Source: Nemertoderma westbladi (taxonomy: Eukaryota > Animalia > Xenacoelomorpha). From it: a stretch of 58,809 bases of DNA. A program made the position numbers and the translations under genes. A model generated the notes under the pieces. It ran no database searches and was not told where the DNA came from. It saw only the letters and a list, made by a program, of their open reading frames with translations. This document shows, piece after piece, positions 49,265 to 58,809 of this stretch (positions are counted from its first letter, which is position 1; each line of letters opens with the position of its first letter). Where the stretch lies: NCBI GenBank assembly GCA_032718475.1, contig JAUCBJ010005410.1, positions 1 to 58,809 of the forward strand, read 5' to 3'.

Positions 49265-49558
49265 CTAGAGAGCCAGCAAGCTGGCTATAAGAAGACCCCC
49301 AGGCCCTCAACAAGTAAGCCCTAACGGTCTTCTAATTAAATGTAATTTGATGATCTCGAGAACCGACATAGAATTTTTTTTTATGTGATTGTACAGTTTG
49401 GTAAACTGCATCCAACGATATAATATCACATTCCATATTTCGGATGACAGGTACCGGTGAAATCAGACTTTACCAAAAAAAATTTCAAGCCAATATCAAT
49501 GTGCACAATCATACAGACAAACAGCAATAAGCTCTAAGGGTCTTCTAATTAATATAGA
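49265..49558 (-). mobile_element. Possible short non-autonomous Helitron-like element
   Basis: Minus strand begins TCTATATTAATT and ends with hairpin AGCCAGC-TT-GCTGGCT then CTAG; only one flank fits the A|T target. Confidence 0.35.
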
Positions 49559-49938
49559 GAAATTAAGAAATTGTCCGTCAATGCTTCAATATAGTTTCTA
49601 GCCCGCTTGTCTTTGAGTCATGACGTATTCTACGATATGGGGCGAGCAGCGTCATTACGTAGCCACCACATACCGATCCGAAATGAGCCGGCCAATATTG
49701 GCTTTTCTGCTGCACCTTGTGTAAAAAATGTCTATATTAATTTTGTTATTGTGTGAAAGTTGGGATTTAGAAAGTTTATGTATTTGTTTATAATTATTTG
49801 AGTAATTGCTCGAGTTATTATTTTGTATTAGTATTATTTATTGATTGTTCGTGCTTATATAATACCAGCGGTGATAATTGGTAAATAACAAGTCAGAGAT
49901 GAGTCCGACGCTAACTCGAGTCTGTGTGTCTTCTACAG

Positions 49939-50200
49939 ACATGGGGTCTACCAGCAGGAATCGGTGAGGCCTGTCACCTTGAAACGACGATTCCAGAAGA
50001 TTTATCGTCCGGAGGAGTACGAGAGAATACTAGCTGCTCAACGCCGCTACCAACGCAAATACAGACTAAAATGCAAGTTCGCTAAGGCGCTCAACTTAGA
50101 TGTCAACCAATTAGATTCCGAGTACCTAACTCAGTTAGATACTGATATACTAAGCCAGTTTGACTCAACTGGGAATTCCTCGAATCTGGATTCGGAATAA
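49939..50200 (+). CDS. Alternative terminal exon V2: basic helix (YERILAAQRRYQRKYRLK)
   Basis: ttctacag|A acceptor is phase 2, matching the exon 4 donor; 87 codons to TAA; AATAAA at 50269. Confidence 0.65.
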
Positions 50201-51082
50201 TTTGATGTGTCTTTTTTTTTACCGAACTATGCATTTTTACTAAAGAAAACCAATTTGTATAAATTCGCAATAAAATCCCATACATCAAAAAAGGTAAATT
50301 TATAGTAATTTTGTTGGGCATTCTTAGGTAGATGGACTCCTTTCCTATAAAATTCTGAAACTGTTTTTAACTCCTTATATATTTGTAACGTTTGTCCATT
50401 ATTGGAACATAACGAGCATATTATAATGTTGAATTTAAATAAGCAATTAATGTTTTCGGATTTTAAATAAAATGTTCGCGGATTTTAAATAATATGCTCT
50501 GTTCATTGAGTTATTTGATTCCAAACTGAGGCCGAATTTGTATTCATTCCATGTATTATTATACTTTTGTTAGAAACAACAGTTTAATTTGTAAATTTAA
50601 TTGCAATAGTGCTGTATTTGGGATATTTTTGAATTTTAAGAGTCACTTGAGAGAAGATATATTAAGTACAACTGTACTAGTTTTAGGTAATGTTTTCTTC
50701 CAATTAATTCAATCGTTGAGACAGGGGGGGGGGGGGGGGGGGGACTGGACGGAAATCCCATCTTGGCTAATTAATATCCCGCCTCAATGTTAAATTCTCA
50801 ATTTAGGGAAAGGAGCAGGTTACAGTGGCACATTATTTTAATCAAAACAATAAACTAAACACAATAGAACAGGCTACTGTTTTATTTTTGAGAGTAATCA
50901 GCTGTTATTTGCGTCCAATTTCCCCTGGAGAGGGATGAATTGTTATTGCGTCCAGTTTTCCCCCCTATCTGTAACTAAACTTTATAGTTTGAGGTCTATT
51001 CTATTCCGTAATGTATATATTTACGCTTCAGGTTTTAATTATAGTGTTTCATAATGTTTCATAATTTAATATATACAGCTAA

Positions 51083-51629
51083 CCCTTTCCGTACCAACAC
51101 ATAAAAAAAGGCGGCACACTGCTGCCTTTTTTATTCTAAATAATTCTGGACCATGTTCATTAAGGCGGCCCAGTGCGTCGCCTTTAGCTTTTTATAACTT
51201 AACACCCAGGACGGCAGGGTGCCGCCTTTTTTTAAAAATCCGTTAAGTTCATAGTCGTGTTGGGCGGGAAAACTTGTCTAGATTAATTTAATATTGCTTG
51301 AAAGAAATCCTATTGGTTTGAGGTTTACTGTAAATTACATAATTCATGAAATCACATGATATTTAATTTCAATTTAGCCAATAATAATGTTACAAATGAT
51401 TAAGGCGGCAGTGTGCCGCCCATGGGGTTCAAAGGTGAAAGAAAATTTTGAAAATGGTTAAAGGCGGCAGTGTGCCGACTTTGGGGGGTAGGATAAGTAA
51501 TAATATAGTTAACCTCTTTATATAACAATCTCTGGTACTAGAATAAAATATACCTTGCTCCGATCAAGTATATTATTCTTAGTCCGTGGGAGGAAAAATT
51601 TATGTAATTTATGTTCGGTACGCAAAGGG
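51083..51629. mobile_element. piggyBac-like MITE
   Basis: TIR ccctttccgtacc / ggtacgcaaaggg with TTAA-like flanks (ctaa / ttta); internal inverted aaggcggca...tgccgcc motifs. Confidence 0.55.
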
Positions 51630-52229
51630 TTTAATGCTATTGCATAATACAATTAATACTGTTAAATATACATAATGTTATTAAATATACGGTTGATGCT
51701 ATTAAATATATATCTAATGATTTCAAATATATATGTAAAATGCTAATAAATATACAATAATTAAAATAAATCAAATATTCATTTAGGTAATATTTACCGG
51801 ACCACAAAACCAATAATTTTTTGTATTTGATAAAAAACAATTTTATTCGAAAATGAAAATATAGATATTACATAGGTATATAACGATGTACAGTATGTAG
51901 AACTTTATACGCCGGGTAACTTTTTACGGTCGCGATGCAGTAGCTACAATCAACTACAATAATTACAGAGTATTGGAATTTAGTGTTAATTTGACATTTT
52001 GTTATAAAAATAAATATTTCCATTTGGGAATTTAATTATATACTCTTAAGTCATATTCTAGCACATTATAAGCTTATAGTTCTCATCTCTTTTCAAACCC
52101 TTTCTAGTCTTGAAGTAAATAGTTATTACATTTAGTTTAATAGTTTACCGTTCGAGTGAGTTTACCAAGCTGAGTGACAGTAATAAATGAGATCAGGGGT
52201 GTAATATTTGCAAGTGCAATATTGATTGA

Positions 52230-52850
52230 CGATAGGTTTTTGGGAGTTTTGTAGATTGACGAGCAGTTTTAGGGAGTTTTGTAGATTGACGAGCAGTTTT
52301 AGGGAGTTTTGAGGTTTGATGAGCAGTTTTAGGGAGTTGTGAGGTTTGATGAGCAGTTTTAGGTAGTTTTGAGGTTTGATGAGCAGTTTTAGGGAGTTTT
52401 GAGGTTTGATGAGAAGTTTTAGGGAGTTTTGAGGTTTGATGAGCAGTTTTAGGGAGTTTTGAGGTTTGATGAGCAGTTTTAGGGAGTTTTGAGGTTTGAT
52501 GAGCAGTTTTAGGGAGTTTTGAGGTTTGATGAGCAGTCTTAGGGAGTTTTGAGGTTTGATGAGCAGTCTTAGGGAGTTTTGTAGATTGACGAGCAGTTTT
52601 AGGGAGTTGTGAGGTTTGATGAACAGTTTTAGGTAGTTTTGAGGTTTGATGAGCAGTTTTAGGGAGTTTTGAGGTTTGATGAGCAGTTTTAGGGAGTTTT
52701 GAGGTTTGATGAGCAGTTTTAGGGAGTTTTGGGGTTTGATGAGCAGTTTTAGGGAGTTTTGAGGTTTGATGAGCAGTCTTAGGGAGTTTTGAGGTTTGAT
52801 GAGCAGTTTTAGGGAGTTTTGAGGTTTGATGAGCAGTTTTAGGGAGTTTT
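52230..52850. repeat. 30-bp minisatellite gagcagttttagggagttttgaggtttgat
   Basis: About 20 tandem copies; accounts for the repetitive 221-aa minus-strand ORF. Confidence 0.95.
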
Positions 52851-53327
52851 ACAAGCAATTAATTTTTGTTTAGGACTCTGCCCCTGTGGTAGCTTTTCCC
52901 AAATATTATGTGGTGTTGTTTCTGCAGTATGATTCTCGGTTTCCCTATAGTATGCCGGGGGCTGGTTTGAAGTTTTAGTATTTGGTTGTCTCTTTCTACC
53001 GATACAGACAATACATCAATCGCCCGCCCTAAGGGATACCACCCACCCCCCGTATAAAATCGCTAGTAGTAGTATCAAATAATGGTTAATTCATTACATT
53101 AGCATGTCATTAGTCGTTGAACCGCAATTCAGATATTATTTTGTCCTCTTGTATTCAGTTTATATTCAAATGTAATTGGGTGAATTTTGGCCATATGGAA
53201 GTTGAAACTAGATAAAAAAAATGTGTTTCTTTCCAATTACTTTTCTTTAAAATTTATTTCATTTTTTACAATCTCTGGCGATTAGTTTGCACACCAAATT
53301 TTGGTTCAACCATTTTTTGTATTGTAG

Positions 53328-53574
53328 GTTTCCATTGGGTGTGTCGCATGCGAACGTTTCAGACTTTGATAATATTTCCTATGTTTATATGGATCGGGAA
53401 TCTAAAAGAGCTTATACCAAGAGATTGAAGAATCACCTCCGTTGGAAGCAAATGCAAACTGAAGAATCGATGAAATACGAACAGAGATTATTGAGAATGC
53501 GAGAGTATAGTCGGCAAAGACGCGCCCAAGAAAGGAGAGAACGTTCAAACCAGATGCCATCTAATGATTCTTAA
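53328..53574 (+). CDS. Alternative terminal exon V3: basic helix (YEQRLLRMREYSRQRRAQE; STPR/bZIP-basic-like)
   Basis: ttttttgtattgtag|G acceptor, phase 2; open to TAA. Confidence 0.65.
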
Positions 53575-54832
53575 ACATAAACTAACACCGTCGGTCTTTC
53601 TTAAACAGAAACATATATACAGGACGCGCCGGTCATTCTGAAAGATGATACCCCATCTCATTTTTAAAGAAAAACTTCAGATATCTTAAAGAAAGAAGAA
53701 CTGTTACACAGTTTCCATTCAACACTTGGGCGCGATTTTTTATAAACAAATACTGAACTAGGTCGCAGATTATAATTGCTTACATAGTTTCAGATACTCT
53801 CATTAATTTGTATTAGAAGTATCAAGTTAAAAAATGCGGGAAGTCAGCGCACACCCCATGTGAAATATATCTTACGTGCAAATGTTAGCTGGATCATGAC
53901 TTTTGAGAATTGACTCTTGTTTATTGTTTTGATAACAATAGCTCGCACGTGTAACCTGCTTAATTCCCTTAAATTATAACCCTGGAGCATGGCATGTTTA
54001 ACGGTGCGGTATGGCACTGAATATCTCCTGTATCACTAGATAAATTAACTACATGGTCTATTCACACCTAGCATTGGAATTGGTTGGCGATTGATTTTAA
54101 TATCATTTCAAGGTAAAATTTTTAATCAAAATCACATATTGTGGTCTTAACAAATTAAAAACAGCTTCGTAATTTCAATTGTGGCGCGTACTCACAATTT
54201 GTGTTTTTATTAAAAACATTTTTTTAATTTATTTTTCAATTCCATTTATCAGTTCAAATTTTGTTCACAAATACCAGGCTACTCATAAATATAATATTAT
54301 ATAATTTAGTATCAATATTCCGTTGTCATTGTATTCACATTATTGAATGTTTGATTAAATGTATTACATGTAAATTGACACATTAATATAATGATATTAT
54401 TTGCTTATCAATATATTTTGTTAATTAATTGGGTCGTGGGGACGCACGGTCGGTCGCCATAACTACGGTACCAGAAACGAAACTAAACCTACTTCCCCCT
54501 CAATTTCTCGACTGGTTTTGAAGCATTTCTCTAAATTTTCTTAATGTTTTTCCACTTCGAGTTTCAAACCCTGACTGTAAGATAAGTGAGAAAACCTGGA
54601 ATTGATTTATTTATAATTGTAATTTATTTATTTTTAACATTTAGAACATTGAACTGGAAGCCGAATACTGTATTGAAAACTGACTACTATACTAGTGTAT
54701 TACAATTACAACTCTTGTTATATTTTTATTGTATATTATCGCCGGGGACATCCATATCCTTGAGAAGAAATATTACAAAATAACGCCAATTCCACAGCTC
54801 CAAGCTCTGCTATACGTAATATTCTCCCTTAG

Positions 54833-55106
54833 GATGAGGTATGGGAAAACACGCCTGCATGATTGGACGAGACAGAAGTCGTACAGCGGAACCCCCTTGC
54901 CATGCGGAGTATGCGAGAAAGCCTTCAACCACACCTCCAGTCTGTATCGCCACCGTAAAACTCACAAACTAGACACCTGCGTGGTCTGTCATCTCTGTTC
55001 TAAAACATTCGTTACCTTAGAGAATTTAGACCGCCACATTCGACATGTTCACAACTGCGATGACAATAATTTCGATAACTCTTCGCATAACTTATTGCTA
55101 AACTAA
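54833..55106 (+). CDS. Alternative terminal exon V4: two C2H2 zinc fingers
   Basis: attctcccttag|G acceptor, phase 2; CGVCEKAFNHTSSLYRHRKTH and CHLCSKTFVTLENLDRHIRHVH. Confidence 0.8.
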
Positions 55107-56142
55107 AAACTCACTCTATCTTATCTACGTAGATTTTAATGCTCAACTCATATTTTGACCAGATTGAGGGGACTAATGGATGCAATCAAATTTATACTAT
55201 CTCCAATTGTAATATCGCCGCAAATAACAGCTGATTACCAGCAAAATGATATAAACTGTAACTATATTGACTTTAGTTTATTGTTTTGGTTAGAATAACG
55301 TACCACTGAAACCTGCCCCTTTGATAATTAACAATACTAATTCGCCGAGATGGGATTTGCGTCCATTTACCCCCTGTCTCATATTGCATATTAAACAAGC
55401 TCCATTTACTCTCGGTAGTTTATTGCTTAACTGAGACTACGATTATAACAAATTTTTCACACTTTTGGTGCGATTTTCTGTTATGAATAGAAAATCTCAT
55501 TGTTATAAATATCTGCAAAAATATCTACTTTCTTTAAAGATAAGATTTTCCGATCACAAAACAATCTGTAACTGAAATGTACACCAGTTTTTCTATTCAT
55601 AATAATTTATGTTCGTTTTCCCACCTCTAAATCCCACAAATGTCATTATTATTTTGCATTATTCATATAATAAACAAATGAATAGGTCTCTGAGGGTCTT
55701 ATCCTCGGCAACATTATATTTGTTGCCTAGTAGTATGTATTTTGTTGTATATTATATATTGTGATAATTTAATTATGCACGGTTTCATTAATGGATTAAA
55801 TGCTGGAATCCGAATTTCAATATTTTTGACAAATAAATACGGAGAAAAAAATACAAAGCATCCGAATATACATATTATACATATAAAATAAATTAATTTG
55901 GTAAATTTTTCCAAAATAAACGAACTGACCTAGTCTTAGGATAGTTGACTTTCATCCGAAAGGTCTGTAATAATAAAATAAATTGCAACTTAGAGAAAAT
56001 GTGGTCACATACTCTGCCGCGTATCAAGATAACAAACTAACAAAAGACCCGTAAACTCCAAAACATAAAGAGTTTTAATTGAAATTCTAGTTGTCTCCAT
56101 GGTAACCTGCGTTGTTTTTTCACGGCGTAATTTTATGTTTAG

Positions 56143-56449
56143 GTTTTCGCGGCTGACCTCTCTGATGAACAAACCCACAGCCGTGCTGCGGCGTATGACG
56201 GCCCAAAAACCCAAGACGAGATTATCGTTAGAACGCAAGATCGAGGTCATCCTTCGCATACAGAACGGAGAGGACAGAGAGGCGATAATACGCGAGTACT
56301 GTATATCGCGGAGGTGTTTCTATTATATTTTACAAAATAAGCGTCATTACCTAAATATGTATGTGAATATGAGGATGTTACCGAGTGGAGACAACAGCTC
56401 AACAGAGGAGAGATATCAACCAGAACCAATGAATCTATCAATCCTCTAA
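56143..56449 (+). CDS. Alternative terminal exon V5: psq/CENP-B N-terminal-type HTH plus PMNLS motif
   Basis: ttttatgtttag|G acceptor, phase 2; RLSLERKIEVILRIQNGEDREAIIREYCISRRCFYYILQNK fits the HTH_psq pattern; C-terminal PMNLS resembles the CtBP-binding PxDLS. Confidence 0.75.
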
Positions 56450-58402
56450 TCGCAATGAGTGTTATTGTAGCGGAATCAGTTGAAAAAATATATAGCTAAG
56501 CAAGTTATTATTGCGCTGAGTTGGTTTTAATAATTAATTGTTAATTATCGATATTAAAATACAACTGTTATATTAGATCATAACCGATAGTCGACAGTCA
56601 ATCAAGCAGAAAACCGATACGAAATTTGCATTCAATCCAAATAAAACCACATTTTTGGCATTCGAAAATACCTTATTATAGTTTGAGTATCATAATGCAG
56701 TCACGGAAATTCGTCGTAATCTTTCATAATACAAGCTTAATGAGTCAATAATTATAAGAGTCATAATAAGTCAATTAATTATGCACCAGAAAAATATGGT
56801 TGGGGTCAATTAATCAGTCTCTTTTGTCTATATTGACTGGACTGCAGTTTTATACAAAATATTACGTTTGTGTTTTAATATTTATGAAACAGAACACAGT
56901 TATATCACTGACCTTCTTAGCTACTTTTTTTTTAATTTCAATATAAAATGCATATTTCTACATTTCGTGGTGGACTTTATTTTACTGAAATGTGCTGTGC
57001 AGTGCAGTCACCACCATCATGCAGGTAGTAGGTTTATTTTACTTACTTAATTTAATTTTATTATAAAATTATGGTCTTTCTAAATCTTGAGTTGTTATAT
57101 GAAGAGCCTTAAACTACCATTTAACGTTAATCAATTATTATCAGTACGCTTACGAATAATACGAAGATTTGGAAAAATATAATAAATAGAGACGGTAATA
57201 AAAAGTTTGTATTTTAGTTAGTTATCTTATCTTGAGTATTTCGTATGCTGATATTTGTTTCATTACATATTTTGCATGCCGTCACTATAGATGGATATAC
57301 AAACTAGCTTATGTTATGTTGAAAGATACAAATTAGTGTAACATTTCTGATGATTTAATTGTGTTTTAGTAATAAGAAATAGCATTTAGTAAAATATAAA
57401 ATAAATATTTTTGAATTACAGAACTTATTAAAACCCTATTTTGCGGCGTTTATTTTAAATCTATTCAAAATAAATCAGTTCCTTAGTTTTTATTTTATCT
57501 TTATTGGGTTAAATCAATTTAATATCGCTTTTCTTACTGTGTCTAACTAATATTTACAGTAATTGCAACGTATTAATAATTGTTAATATTATTAGCTATA
57601 ATACGTCACTTAATAAGAAGTTTTAACACCCACTTTATTATTAGGAACTCCGTGCCGAAAATGTGCCTTCTCTTTATTTAATTTAACGTACTATAATAAT
57701 TGTGATTAAAATACAAAGTGGATAATATGTGATTATCATTTAAAATTGGCATCTATTTAGTGTCATAGTGATTTCGGTATATTTTTTAAAATAATTTTTG
57801 CGCTGATTATAATAAGTCTTCAGAAATCTATCGTAATGGCCAATTAGAACATATTAATTTTAATTAGTTTTGTATAATTTTTATTATTGTGGTGTTGTAG
57901 TATATAGCATTATATAAATTTACTTCCAATGGCTAACAAATATAGCATGTATTAATTATGTAATAATATATGCATTGTGTGTATATTTATTTATATTGTA
58001 TAATATTCATATATTATTTACCTATCGTACACAGTGTCTAATGATTTAAAGTAAATTTAAAAAATGTGAAGTTCGGTTTATTAAATAAATTTAAGTTTTT
58101 ATAATGTTTATTTTTTTGCACGTTTGAATTGCAATTAATTATTAAGATTTGTATATTATTATTGTTGTGTGTATACGTAGTATTTAGTAGCCTATATAGA
58201 ATGTTTTGTTTATAATGGTATCTAATTAATTGCAAATGATATCTGATACGGCATAAACTTAAATAAAATATAATTTCATCATTTAATAATATTTATTGTT
58301 TATAACCACCATGAGTTGATCCTGTCAGTATGTCATTAAGACCTATCAAGAAAATCATATGTTCGTTTGAAAACGAAATACAATAAGGGCCACCTTCTAT
58401 TT

Positions 58403-58809
58403 CTAAGGTAGGCCTAGTAGGGGGGATGTGGGTGTGCTTTAAGGTAGGCCCTAGTAGGGGGATGTGGGGGCTCTAAGGTAGGCCTACTAGGGGGGATGTG
58501 GGGGCTCTAAGGTAGGCCTACTAGGGGGGGATGTGGGGGCTCTAAGGTAGGCCTACTAGGGGGGATGTGGGGGCTCTAAGGTAGGCCTGCTAGGGGGGAT
58601 GTGGGGGCTCTAAGGTAGGCCTACTAGGGGGGATGTGGGGGCTCTAAGGTAGGCCTACTAAGGGGGGTGTGGGGGCTCTAAGGTAGGCCTACTAGGGGGG
58701 ATGTGGGGGCTCTAAGGTAGGCCTACTAGGGGGGATGTGGGGGCTCTAAGGTAGGCCTACTAGGGGGGATGTGGGGGCTCTAAGGTAGGCCTACTAGGGG
58801 GGATGTGGG
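58403..58809. repeat. 33-35-bp G-rich minisatellite ctctaaggtaggcctactag(g)natgtggggg, running off the window
   Basis: About 12 tandem copies, each with a TAGGCCTA palindrome and two G-runs. Confidence 0.95.

Noticed and set aside
52193-52858. 221-aa KLPKTAHQTS repeat protein; TTTAGGG telomere-like motif
   Set aside because: The open frame is a by-product of a stop-free 30-bp minisatellite with a non-ATG start; the heptamer occurs once per unit, not in tandem.
54644-54783. Additional phase-2 variable exon
   Set aside because: An acceptor-like AG is present, but the peptide is AT-rich and intron-like with no recognisable motif.
56099-56449. Intact pogo/Tigger transposase
   Set aside because: HTH only; no second HTH, DDE domain or TIRs; it has a phase-compatible splice acceptor instead.

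Overview
Eukaryotic (animal, probably marine invertebrate) genomic DNA. 1-14.7 kb is a head-to-tail array of ~2 kb non-autonomous Helitron-like units on the minus strand. Their interiors are 146-147 bp subrepeats, each carrying a CTCF-like motif (about 70 copies by my count). 14.7-23.2 kb is a 60/61-bp satellite. Next are an FSIP1-like gene with a single coding exon (minus strand) and a divergent gene of unknown function (plus strand). The most striking feature is at ~34.9-56.4 kb: a plus-strand gene with four constant exons and at least five mutually exclusive terminal exons. Each terminal exon has a splice phase matching an upstream donor, and each encodes a different putative nucleic-acid-binding module (Cys4 zinc-ribbon-like, two basic helices, C2H2 zinc fingers, psq/CENP-B-type HTH). 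This resembles Drosophila lola/mod(mdg4), but no BTB domain is visible. The introns contain minisatellites, MITEs and a 5'-truncated LINE. All exon models were read by eye from GT/AG sites and frame continuity and need RNA evidence.
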